In this document: piece by piece, positions 30,500 through 40,836 of the stretch
Layout: each line of letters opens with the position of its first letter
Position numbering within the stretch: the stretch's first letter is position 1
NCBI GenBank assembly: GCA_965219445.1
Contig: CBDCNQ010000003.1
Span: 128,001-192,000 of the forward strand
Reading direction: 5' to 3'
DNA from: Longimicrobiales bacterium
GTDB taxonomy: Bacteria; Gemmatimonadota; Gemmatimonadetes; Longimicrobiales; Gaopeijiaceae
DNA length: 64,000 bases
The notes under the pieces: generated by a model
What the model saw: only the letters and a program-made list of their open reading frames with translations
The model's database searches: none
Told to the model about the DNA's origin: nothing
Position numbers and translations under genes: made by a program

Positions 30500-32831
30500 C
30501 AACGTCGCCACCTGAGACGCCACCCGAGACACCTGCTCACCGCGAGCCAGCCCTCCCGCTCATCCCATCACGCTTGAATCCCAAACGCCAGCACTTTCAT
30601 ATTAATTCCCCATCCGCTGGCGAAGCTCCTCGAACCAGTTCTGGACGATCTGGACCTGCCTCAGCCTCGACGGGTCGCTCTTGACCATCACGAAGCGCCC
30701 ATCCGGCCCGACATCCCAGTTGATGAACTGAGAGAAGTCGTAGCCACTGGCATCGAAAAGTTCTCGGGGAGGACCGGACGAGAAGGTGGGAGAGGTGCTA
30801 ACCTCGACTGCCAAAATGCGGGTGCCACTCCGATAGAATATCTCGCGCCCGTCCTTGGACCACTTCCCCTCCACACCGCCGCCAATGGAGACGGAGTGGC
30901 GGGGTCCGGGACCCGGAAACGGCCTGACGTAAACCTCCCTGGCGCCCGACACGTTGGAGTAGTACGCGACCCAGCGTCCGTCGGGTGAGAAGTTGGGAGC
31001 GGACTCGGAAGCCGGCGTAGCGAGAAACGGTGCTGAAGATCCGTCGACGAGGTTGATGACAGCCAGATCCGAGCCGTTTTCCGGGTGGATCTCGTTCACC
31101 ATGATGTGATCATCAATCGACCAGGAGGGCTGGTATTGCGGCAGAGGCCGGGCGGACGCTAACTGCGGCCCGCCGCCCTCGCGCCAACGTATCCAGTGCA
31201 GATCGCCACCGAAGGAAAACCCCAACCGCTCACCATCAGGTGCCCAGGCTAGACTCGGATGATGTCCGTCGGTCGTGAGGGGTTCCGCGCTTCCCCTCTG
31301 CAGGTCCACCATCCAGACATCAGAGGGACGGGGATCCACGATCACAGCCACCCGGTTTCCGTCAGGAGAGACGCGCGGCCAACGATAGCCTCGCGCCTCG
31401 ACCGGGATCCGCTCCTCTGAACCATCGCGAGCGACGAGCCAGAGAGACCGCTCGAAGCCTCCGGCGACATAAGCCAGCGTTCCCGTTTCCGATACGGCGA
31501 AGGCGGCTGCACTGCCGCCAGGACCACGAAACACACCTTCGAGGACCGGGACCTCCGCACCGTTTACCTCCAAGCGGTCGATGTCGAACGGCACGGCTCG
31601 TATCCGCTCTTCGCCCGCATGGAAGAGGAGATGACCAGTCGGGACATAACGCGCCTGTGTCCCATTGAACAAGAACCGCACCTCTCCGGTCCCAAGATCG
31701 AGAACACCCGTTCCCCCGATGACGCTCACCAGTGCATGCTCGCCATCCGGAAGGTGGTGCGGCCACCGTGGCTGCCCCCCCCGATCGCAGTAGAATCAGC
31801 ACCGGCTCGACCTGTTTGGTCGACCTGGGTGAGCCCAAGCGGCACGGGGTCTCCGCCTGCCATCGGTACGCGATACAGGCTGGGCCCTGCCGCGAATAGG
31901 ATCGTGTTGTCGGCTCCCCAGCTCGCTCCACGGGTCTCTCCAGATGGCAAGGGAGTGATGGTGATCGGAGCCCCACCGGATACCGAGACCCTCTGTAGCT
32001 GGCCGCTCGCGAAGAACCCCACCCACTCGGCATCCGGCGAGAAGAACGGTTGTCGCGCATCGTCCGTGCCATCCAACTCTCGCGGGGACAAGTCATCGAG
32101 CTCGCGTAAGAACAGGCTCCTGACTCCGGCCCGCTCTCCTACGTACACCAGCCGCGTACCGTCGCCGGAAATGGCCAGTGGGTGGCCAAGCCGTCCCCCG
32201 AACACTCGTTGGTCCTCCGGGAGTGAAATCTGCGTTCGAGTCACCGGCTGCCGGGGCTGCGGTCGCATCCAGCCCCACAGGACGAGCCCGATAGCGACCA
32301 CGGCCACCGCGGGCCACGCGACCATGCCCAGCCCCTGGGCACGGAACGTGGACATGGCGGCAGGTGCCGGCTCGGAGGTCATGAAGGAGGGATCTCCCAG
32401 GGCCTGCGAAAAAAGAACGGCGCTCGAAAATCGATCGGCTGGCAGCTTCTCCAGCGCCTTAGCAATCGCCGCATCTACGTTGGCCGGGACGGTCTCCCGC
32501 TGAGCGGCCGCCGACACGCGCTCACCGGCGATGATTTTGCCCAGGATCGCCTGCGGAGTGCTCCCGGTGAACGGCGGCTCTCCGACCAGCGTCTCATACA
32601 AGACGCAGCCGAGGGCGTATATGTCTGCCGCAGGACCCAGATGTTGACCGCCAGCTGCCTGTTCCGGGCTCATGTAGTGGGGCGTCCCGAGGCTCAGCCC
32701 GGTCTCGGTCAGACGACCCCCTCCCGCTCCGCCGACAGCGAGCGCGATCCCGAAGTCCGTGATCACCGGCTGACCATCGTGGATCAGAACTGGAGTTGGC
32801 CCCGCACGGTGGACGGTTTTGGACTAGAGAT

Positions 32832-33680
32832 TCACGCGGCGGGGGCGTGTTCCTTTTCGTAGTTAAGAGGAGACAATTGGCCGAGGGCAGAGTGCCGTCG
32901 GTGGGGATTGTACCAGGCTTCGATGAAGTCGAACACGGCCATCCTGGCCTCGGCCTGATTGCGGAAGCTCTTTCGTTCGATGAGTTCGGTCTCGAGCGTG
33001 GCGAAGAAGCTCTCGCACATCGCGTTATCGTACGCGTCGCCGACCGAGCCCATCGAGGGTCGGACGCTGGCCTCTTTGCAGCGTAGGCCGAAGGCGATCG
33101 AGGTGTACTGGGTACCCTGATCGCTATGATGGATGACACCGTTCGGTCGTCGTTGCTGCAGCGCCATGTTCAGCGCGTCGAGCACGAGATCGGTCTTGAG
33201 ATGCGTCTTCATCGACCATCCGACCACATGGCGGCTCCACGCATCGACGACGACTGACAGGTACAAGAAGCCGCTCCAGGTCGGCACGTAGGTGATGTCG
33301 GCAACCCAGAGCTGGTCCGGGCCGTGCACACTGAAGTCGCGCGCGACGAGATCGGGGGCAGGTCGAGCATCTCTGTTTCGCTTCGTCGTGCGCCACTTCC
33401 TTCGCCGCGTAGCGCCTTGTAGTCCTGCCAGCCTCATCAGACGACGCACCCGCTTGTGGTTGACCTGCCAGCCGTCGTCCCTGAGCTCGGCGTACATCCG
33501 TGGCTGGCCATACGTCTCACGGCTGAACGTGTGGATCTCACGCATCCGACCTAGCAGTCGCTCGTTCTCGACCGCGCGATGCGATGGAGGACGCTTTCTC
33601 CATGCGTAGTACCCGCTGGGCGAGACGCTCAGGACTTCGCACATCATCTGCACGCTGAACTCGGCCTGGTTGGCCCTCAC
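32832..33680 (-). CDS. IS3 OrfB (rve integrase core)
   Basis: WVADITY, HHSDQGTQY, DNAMCESFF, YN..RRHSALG. Confidence 0.93.
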   Translation of the reverse strand: MRANQAEFSVQMMCEVLSVSPSGYYAWRKRPPSHRAVENERLLGRMREIHTFSRETYGQPRMYAELRDDGWQVNHKRVRRLMRLAGLQGATRRRKWRTTKRNRDARPAPDLVARDFSVHGPDQLWVADITYVPTWSGFLYLSVVVDAWSRHVVGWSMKTHLKTDLVLDALNMALQQRRPNGVIHHSDQGTQYTSIAFGLRCKEASVRPSMGSVGDAYDNAMCESFFATLETELIERKSFRNQAEARMAVFDFIEAWYNPHRRHSALGQLSPLNYEKEHAPAA

Positions 33681-33991
33681 GAACTCGAACGCTTCGGGGG
33701 CACCGAGTCGGACTCCTGAGCGAACCAGGCCGCGGCTTTTTTTAGGATCTCCCGCTCGACACGAAGCCGCTTGTTCTCACGCCGAAGCTCGCGGAGCTCC
33801 TCGCGCTCTGACGACGTCAGGCCGTCGCTTCTGACTCCCGTGTCGAGGTCCGTCTGCTTCACCCAATTGTGGATCGTCTGCGCTGTGGGCTCAAACTCCC
33901 GACTCAGCTCCTCAGGCGTGCGACCTGCTTTGACCAGCTCCACCATCTGCTGGCGGAACTCCAACGAATACGGCGGTCTCGTTCTTGGCAT
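33677..33991 (-). CDS. IS3 OrfA (HTH); A7G slippery site for -1 frameshift at ~33743-33736
   Basis: YSLEFR...ELRELRRENKRLRVEREILKKAAAWFA; AAAAAAAG on the minus strand. Confidence 0.92.
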   Translation of the reverse strand: MPRTRPPYSLEFRQQMVELVKAGRTPEELSREFEPTAQTIHNWVKQTDLDTGVRSDGLTSSEREELRELRRENKRLRVEREILKKAAAWFAQESDSVPPKRSSS

Positions 33992-34324
33992 CGTGGACTC
34001 CTCTCTCTAAAGAGAATAGGTGTCCACCGTCAGGGGCTAACTCCAAACGTTACCGGGCTTGATGTCGCGATGAATTACGCCTTGGCGGTGTGAATAGTCG
34101 AGGGCCTCCGCCATGTTCGTGGCGATCCGCACTGCTACGTCCACTGGGAGTTGATGAGAGCTAGGATCAAAGGCATCATAGGGGCATGGCGACCGCTACC
34201 GGTACCGATCAGCAGCGAAGCAGCCCGAAGACGAAGAGGCGTTCTCCTCCGGGAGCGGGTGCGCGTTCATCATTATTCGCGCAAGCAAGCAACCCAACCC
34301 GTCCTACCCAAGAGGAGGATGCCG

Positions 34325-35379
34325 ATGGAGAGGTATATCGGACTCGACGCACACGCGTCGAGCTGCACGCTGGGGATTGTAGGCCCCAGCGGCAAGCGCT
34401 TGGGCTCGCAGGTGGTGGAGACGAACGCGCGGGCGCTGATCGAGGTGCTGCGAGGGATTCCGAGGAACCGGCACTTATGCCTGGAAGAAGGGACGCTGTC
34501 GGGGTGGCTGTACGAGGTGCTGAAGCCGCACGTGGAGGAGCTGACGGTGGCGGGGGTCGGCAAGAGCCGGGGCCCGAAGACCGACAAGCTGGACGCGTTT
34601 GCCCTGGCGGAGAAGCTGCGGATCGGATCACTGGAGACGACGGTCTACAAGAACCGGGGCCAGTTCAGGCGGCTGGGGGAACGGGCGAAGAGCTACGACT
34701 TCTTGGTCGGCGACACGGTGCGGGTGAAGAACCGGCTCAAGAGCGTGCTGCGCTCGAGAGGAGTGGCCTACGGCGCGGGGCGCTCGGTCTACTTAAAGCG
34801 CGACCGGGAGGAGTGGTTGGCCAAGCTGCCGGAAGCGAGCAGGACGACGGCCGGGTTGCTGTACGAGGAGCACGACGCACTCGTGGCATTGAGGGCGAAG
34901 GCCGAGAAGGCGTTGCTGGCGGAAGCACGCAAGCATCGAGAGTGGCATGTGCTGAAGACGTGCCCGGGTCTGGGTCCGATCCGGACGGCGGAGCTCCTGC
35001 CGGTGGTGGTGACGCCGTACCGGTTCCAGAGCCGGAGCAGGTTCTGGGCGTACTGCGGACTGGGCGTCGTGATGCGGAGCTCGTCGGACTGGGTGCGGGG
35101 TCCGGGTGGGCGGTGGGTAAGGGAACCGGTACAGCAGACGCGGGGGCTGAATCGGAACTTCAACCACACGCTGAAGCGTGTGTTCAAGGGCGCAGCGACG
35201 ACGGTGATCGGTCGGGCCGAGGACGAGCCCTTGTACCGCCACTACGAGCGACTCCTGGAGGGGGGCACGAAGCCGAATCTGGCGAAGCTGACGATCGCGC
35301 GTCAGCTCGCCTCGATCGTGCTAGCGGTGTGGCGCACGGGCGAAGCGTACGACCCAAGAGACTGGAAGCGACGGAGTAA
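34325..35379 (+). CDS. IS110 recombinase copy B (CCC instead of CCCC at 35353 shifts the last ~7 codons)
   Basis: Near-identical to 22963..24018 with several substitutions (E/K, R/T, N/D); the copy-A stop corresponds to TAA 35377-79. Confidence 0.88.
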
Positions 35380-35439
35380 ACCGGCCTGGGATCGGCGAGC
35401 GTGGGGTCGAAAGCGGTCACAACATGGGGTCCGACGAAA

Positions 35440-35660
35440 CGGAAGCGAACCGGTTACAGGGGACAGCATCCATACACACCGTGGGCCGGGGCAGAGAGCC
35501 CAAGCCCCCACTCAAAGGCTATGCACCCCTGGAGAGCCGAACGAAGCGATGGGCCACAGAGTCCCAGATAGAAGGATGGTTCCCGCTCCAGAGCGGAGAA
35601 CGCGACGGCTGTGAACGTCTTCCGGACTGCGATGCGGACCCTGCGAGCGCACCCCTCCCC
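35440..35660 (+). ncRNA. Predicted bridge/seek RNA in the IS110 3' non-coding region (mirror copy at ~22680-22900 on the minus strand); boundaries approximate
   Basis: TACACACC (35473-80) and TCAAAGG (35512-18) match the target halves and face each other in a stem-bounded internal loop; ATAGAAGG (35568-75) matches the donor junction. Confidence 0.72.
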
Positions 35661-35864
35661 ACCCTGAGTCGTCGACCGGGCAATCCAAACCATGCGGACG
35701 CCGACGGTCAAAAAATGAGCCGACGGCGCGTGGGGAAGGTGCGTCTTGACCGCCAGCCCCATAGAAGGGTGTGTAAAAAAAGAGGCGACGTACCTTTCCG
35801 CTAGGTAGTAAGAAGTTAACCAGCGAATCCCGGGTGAGCGCCCGGGGGAAAGGAACGATGCCTC

Positions 35865-37109
35865 GTGAGGAAGAATATGGTGGGACCCGAGAGTGAGTCC
35901 AGCACGCCGACGTGGGAGTGCTTGGAAGCGCTGGTTCGTGAGAAGGCCCAGGAGATGGTCCAGCGGATTCTGGAGGAGGAAGTGACGGAGTTGCTCGGCC
36001 GGGAGAAGTCGGAGCGGAAGACGGTCGTAGACCCGGCGCCAGGCTACCGCAACGGCTACGGCAAGGCTCGGCGGCTGGCGATGAGCTCGGGCACGATCAT
36101 GCTCCGACGGCCCCGGGTTCGAGGCATTGAGGAGCGGTTCGAGAGTCGGGTGTTGCCGTTGTTCGCACGACGGACGAAGGAGGTGGGTGCTCTGCTTCCG
36201 GAGCTGTATCTGCACGGGCTGGCGGAGGGAGACTTCGAGCTGGCGATGCGGGGCCTGCTGGGCGAGGGGGCCCCGTTGTCGAAGTCTTCGATTTGGCGGC
36301 TGCGGGCGGGATGGACAAGGAAATTCGAGGAATGGTCGAAGCGCTCGCTGGCCGACCGTGAGGTCGTCTACGTCTGGGCGGACGGGATCTACGTGAAGGC
36401 GGGGCTCGAGCGGGACAAGGCAGCGCTGCTGGTGGTTCTCGGTGCGATGCGAGATGGTACGAAGGAGGTGTTGGCCCTGAGATCGGGCTACCGAGAGTCG
36501 GTCGAGTCCTGGTCCGAGGTGTTGCGGGATCTGAAGGCACGCGGCATCGAGGCGCCCCGGCTTTTGATGGCGGACGGCAACGCGGCGATCTGGGGCGCAG
36601 TACGGCAGGTATGGCCTGAGGCGGGCGAGCAACGGTGCTGGAACCACAAGATGAGGAACGTGCTGGACCGGCTGCCTCAGCGGGAGCAGAGCGAGGCGAA
36701 GGACCTTCTCAGGACCGTGGTCTACGCACCGAGGCGGTCCGAGGCGCTGAAGGCCCGTGAGGCGTTCGCCAGGCGCTACAGACCGTGGTATCCGAAGGCG
36801 GTGGATGTACTCGAGGACGACTGGGAGCGGATGGTGGCGTTCTACGACTTCCCCGAGGACCACTGGAAGCATCTACGCACGACGAACGTGGTCGAGAGCC
36901 CCTTTGCCGCAGTACGGCTCAGGACAACGGCGGCGAAGCGCTTCAAGCGGGTCGAGAGCGCTACGGCGCTGATCTGGAAGCTGCTCTTGGTGGCGGAGAA
37001 GCGCTTCAGAAGGCTCGACGCTCCTCACCTCCTCAAGGACGTATTTGAAGGAAGAAAGTTCGAAGACGGAAAGCCCGTCTCAACCCAACAGCGGAAAAAC
37101 GCCGCCTGA
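35865..37109 (+). CDS. IS256-family DDE transposase copy B
   Basis: Translation identical to 21233..22477. Confidence 0.95.
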   Translation: MRKNMVGPESESSTPTWECLEALVREKAQEMVQRILEEEVTELLGREKSERKTVVDPAPGYRNGYGKARRLAMSSGTIMLRRPRVRGIEERFESRVLPLFARRTKEVGALLPELYLHGLAEGDFELAMRGLLGEGAPLSKSSIWRLRAGWTRKFEEWSKRSLADREVVYVWADGIYVKAGLERDKAALLVVLGAMRDGTKEVLALRSGYRESVESWSEVLRDLKARGIEAPRLLMADGNAAIWGAVRQVWPEAGEQRCWNHKMRNVLDRLPQREQSEAKDLLRTVVYAPRRSEALKAREAFARRYRPWYPKAVDVLEDDWERMVAFYDFPEDHWKHLRTTNVVESPFAAVRLRTTAAKRFKRVESATALIWKLLLVAEKRFRRLDAPHLLKDVFEGRKFEDGKPVSTQQRKNAA

Positions 37110-37138
37110 AACATTTACACACCTATTGACCCAACCTC

Positions 37139-38256
37139 GCCGTGCCCTGTCGAGGTTCCTGGGGTACGGACCGTTCTTCTATACCGACTAGCGGCTCACC
37201 GTTGGTGCGATCGAGGATGTACACCCAGCCTGTTTTGCCCGCCTGGGCCAATCCTTTACGTGGCACGCCGTCGTATTCCAGATCAAACAAGACCACAGGG
37301 TTAGGCGCATCATAATCCCAGATATCATGATGCACCTGCTGAAAGTGCCAGCGGTACTCACCGGTGTAGGCATCCAGTGCCACGATGGACGCTGTGAACA
37401 GGTTGTCCCCGGCACGCACCGCTCCGTTGTAGTCGGGCCCGGGGTTGCCGGTCGAAAAGTAGATCATGCCCAATTCAGGATCCACTGCAGGCGTGTGCCA
37501 CACAGTGCCCCCGCCGGTTCGCCAGGCATCGTTGTCAGCAGGCCAGGTATGATGACCGAATTCGCCCGGGCCTGGCACGGTATGGAAAGTCCACAGCAAA
37601 CTGCCGTCGGCCGCACTGTAGGCCTTCACCCGCCCTCTTGCTGCAAATTCTGCACCCGCGAAGCCGGTAATCACCATGCCGTTGAAATACAAGGGAGCGC
37701 TGGTGATGGTATACCCTTCTTCCCAGGCTTCGGCCTGGATGGACCAGACCTCTTCACCGGTCTCCATATCCAGCGCCTTAAGCACGCCATCCAGCTGTCC
37801 GACAAAGATTTTGTCTTCGCCAAATCCCACACCGCGACTGGTCCATCCACAACAGACCGTCGAAATTTCATCATCAAGATTTGCCCGGTAGCTCCACAAA
37901 ATTTCACCGGTTTCAATGCCCAGGGCGAAGACATCGTCTGCACCGGTTACGACATACATGACCCCTTCGTGGATGATGGGCTGCGCCTCACCTGAATACT
38001 TCGCGCCGACCCCAGACTCGTCGAGATGAGTACGCCAGACCGGACCAAGTTGATTGACATTGTCCGTGTTGATCTCCGTCAATGCTGAGAAGTTTCGGTT
38101 GAAGAGGTCCCCGCCGTTGGTCAGCCAGTCGGCCGTAGGCAGTTCCGACAGCGTCTCTTCATCCGGTCTGACCTGTGAAGATTCAGCGGCATTTGCTGTC
38201 AGCGAGGAACACAGGACAAGTAGTCCTGCCAAAAGGTTAGACGTATGTCTATGCAT
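37139..38256 (-). pseudogene. N-terminal half of the quinohemoprotein alcohol dehydrogenase split by IS256
   Basis: Signal peptide; VCCGWTSRG; STGNPGPD; VHHDIWDYD; breaks at VPQEPRQGTA|IS end. Confidence 0.9.
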
Positions 38257-38307
38257 GTCTAAGGCTCTATGCTCCTACTGTATTAGGAGGGTATGGGAAA
38301 GCTCCAA

Positions 38308-38982
38308 TCAGCCGGCGGCGAAGCAGTAAAACAAACCGGCGCCTCCGGTGCTGATGAGGTTCTCCCGTGTACAGCCCGGCGTGCCGTGGGAGGAGTTCCA
38401 GGACGAGCCCGGCGTGGAGAAGGAGTAGCGGTCGGCATGCCCTACCCTGACGCTCCCCTCGCTGTTGCTTGTCCAGTTGCTGCATGTCTGGTCCTGGCCC
38501 GCGGCAAGCGCGGTGCCATCCATTTGTGAACCGGTGAGTACATCGTGCTCGGTAAAATCCGGATCCCCGTCGATGCGTGAGGCGAACTGATTGCCGTTCT
38601 CGTCGAGCGTGTACTGCCAGTTGAAATTCGAATTGTCGTAGTGGAGGCTTTCCACGCTGGTGGCCATGACGAGGCCGTTGGCATTCGCCCAGGGTCCGGA
38701 ACCGATCCGGTCACGGGCATTGACGGCCGTGGCGTCGGCCGTCGCCTGCGTGCTCAGGTAGGCCCGCCAGGTACGGTTACCGGCCCCGACCGTCTCGGCA
38801 AGGCTCTGGCAGTGCGCGTCGGCGCCCTCGAGGCCTCCGAGGTTACCGCCGTTGCCGAGCCCCACGCTCGTGATGAAGAAGCCCATGGGCTCGGGCTGCT
38901 GCTCCTGTCCCGCAGCGTGGACCGGCAGCGCCAACAGGCCCAAAGCGGTCAGCGAGAGCGCGACGTTGCGAGTGTAGCCCAT
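38308..38982 (-). CDS. Secreted C-type-lectin/endostatin-like protein
   Basis: FFITS.G.G.GGNLGGLEGADAHCQSLA; WRAYLS; HDVLTGS; WNSSH...C; GLFYCFAA. Confidence 0.8.
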   Translation of the reverse strand: MGYTRNVALSLTALGLLALPVHAAGQEQQPEPMGFFITSVGLGNGGNLGGLEGADAHCQSLAETVGAGNRTWRAYLSTQATADATAVNARDRIGSGPWANANGLVMATSVESLHYDNSNFNWQYTLDENGNQFASRIDGDPDFTEHDVLTGSQMDGTALAAGQDQTCSNWTSNSEGSVRVGHADRYSFSTPGSSWNSSHGTPGCTRENLISTGGAGLFYCFAAG

Positions 38983-39210
38983 CGTTCTACCTCCCTCCTC
39001 AAGACGAGGCGTTCGGCCAAATCCTGCTTGGCATCTTTTCTACAAGGCGTCCGTCCGTTCGCTGACGGGAGCGTCCGCAACGATTACGACTCCGTAGGTC
39101 GCGGCGTCACTCGGGGCGCGCTGTTCTCGGGGAACGTAAAGGTGGTCCCTTTTGGGTGCCAGGGGACACGAGCCAAAATACTTGTACCAGTGGGCCTGGG
39201 TAGACTTGAA

Positions 39211-40410
39211 CTGTTCGGCTTGAGCGTTCACGGATTCGAGAACGTTGGTCGTCTTCAGCGAACGGCCAACCAGCGGGAACACGCCGAGTCGATGCAGGGT
39301 CAACGTCTCCTCGAACCCTTCGTCCAGGCTTGCAACCGCCGACTGGTTGAGCTCGTCCAGCTCAGCCCGCATCGCTTTCAGGTCCCGCTTCGCCTCCTCG
39401 TAGGTGGGCCGCTCGTAGGCTCGCTGCAGACGTCCACACCAGGCCTTCTGCTCGGTGCGTGGCAGGTACGAGACCACATTCTCTCGCTTGTGCCATTGGC
39501 AGCGCTGGATAAGCACCTGGCCCCGGAACACCGTCGTCACTGCCGACTTCAGCCCCTTGGCGCCGTCGATCACGACCAGCGCTCCGGCCGACAGATCGAG
39601 TCCCCGATCCTTCAGGGAGCGCAGAAAGCTCGTGATCACCCGGGCGTTCTCCGTTTCCGTCTGCACGAATCCCGCAAACACCTTGTCTCCCCCCATCGTC
39701 ACGGCTAACGCGACGACGATTTCGTCATTGGCAAACGTCTTGCCATCCAGGAAGAGCGCCACGACGTCGAGCTCCGTAAGCTCACGTTCCTGAAACGCCT
39801 TCAGCTGCCTGGCGGTCGCCTTCTTGAACTCCCGCGACACCGTCGACTTAGACAGCCCGATCGCCCCCGGCACTGCCTCCACCGCGGCCTCATAGTCACG
39901 ACACGAGATCCCAAGCAGGACCTTGCGGAACAACCCCTCGTCCACCTCGCCCGCCGCCCAGTGCAAGCGCTCGTACGACTCCAGACGCGCCTCTCCCTCC
40001 AGACCTCGCACCCGAGGGACCCGGACCGGATGACGCTGCCCGCCCAGGCGTACCGAGCCCGGGTTGCTCCCATGCCGGTAGATCACTTCTCCTTCTCCCT
40101 TGCGGGCGTGCCTCGGACCCGCCAACCGCTCGACCTCTTCGTCCAGCACCCGCCCCACCTCCGCCAGCCCAAGCGGTATCAATTCCTGGATCAATTCCAC
40201 CCGCATCTCGGTCCTCAGCGCCTCGATCGCTTCCCAGTCCAGCTCACTCGGCGCACCCATCCTTCGGTCCTTCTTGCCTCGACGTACAAGCTGTGGCTCT
40301 CTCTCCATTGGTGGCCTCCTTCCTCTCATGGTTCGGTGTTGTGTTCCTCACACCCACCTTACCCGAGGTCGGAGGTCACTTCAAATTCCAACTAAACTTA
40401 GGACACCCTC
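39211..40410 (-). mobile_element. Second, unrelated IS256-family element, 3'-truncated
   Basis: End GAGGGTGTCCTAAGTTTAGTTGG at 40410; transposase motifs LFLDGK, VIDGAKGL, QRCQWHK, TTNVLES, then loss of similarity near 39211. Confidence 0.85.
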
Positions 40411-40473
40411 GTCTCTCCTTTCCCAGGTTGCGGCCAATTGTGGGCTCGAAAGAGCCCGAGTCCGAATCAGGGC

Positions 40474-40836
40474 TTAGCCTTGAGGACTTTCCTTTCGGGT
40501 GAACATGTACATCCATATGATCCTGGAATACCTGAAATGGATAAAAGTCGTTGGGACAACCACGACGACAATGATGGACACGATAAGGGATGGACTGGTC
40601 GTGAAATTTTGAACTAGGATGTAAATCGCAAAACTTTCGGCAAGAGTTGTTGCATAGCTGACATACATCGCTCCTACGAAGAAGCTGGGCTCAATTTCAA
40701 AGTGATGATGACAATAAGGGCATTCCTCATGCATGACGGGCGCCCTCAGCCTGAAAATATTTCCTTTGCTTTTGAAGACGTCTCCCTTTTCGCATTTAGG
40801 ACATTTTCCTTTTACGAGGCTTAGAATACGATTCAT
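40474..40836 (-). CDS. DUF983-like membrane protein (AT-richer than flanks)
   Basis: KCPKC...ECPYC..FEIEPSFFVGAMYVSY; two TM helices; RYSRIIW. Confidence 0.8.
   Translation of the reverse strand: MNRILSLVKGKCPKCEKGDVFKSKGNIFRLRAPVMHEECPYCHHHFEIEPSFFVGAMYVSYATTLAESFAIYILVQNFTTSPSLIVSIIVVVVVPTTFIHFRYSRIIWMYMFTRKESPQG

Larger units (their letters stand above)
32791..34045 (-). mobile_element. Complete IS3-family element (1255 bp) with 3-bp TSD
   Basis: IRs TGGAGTTGGCCCCGCACGGTGGAC / TGGAGTTAGCCCCTGACGGTGGAC; AAC duplicated at 32788-90 and 34046-48. Confidence 0.95.
30602..34157 (-). pseudogene. Ser/Thr protein kinase with TM helix and TolB/PD40 propeller; interrupted by IS3, 5'-truncated by IS256 copy B, and frameshifted in a G8 run
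   Basis: 34157-34046 encodes ...[20 protein letters not shown], resuming LIHDGQPVITDFGIA...GTPHYMSPEQ at 32787. The frame changes at C8 31775-31782 (RWPHHLPDG lies in the next frame). Confidence 0.9.
34170..35768 (+). mobile_element. IS110-family (IS1111-type) element copy B, core to core
   Basis: AAGG at 34170-73 and 35765-68. Removing it restores a 25-bp IRL collinear with the IRR. Confidence 0.88.
34158..37138 (+). mobile_element. IS256-family element copy B with nested IS110-family element
   Basis: Inverted counterpart of 21204..24179; flanked on the right by GCCGTGCC (reverse complement of the TSD GGCACGGC). Confidence 0.92.
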
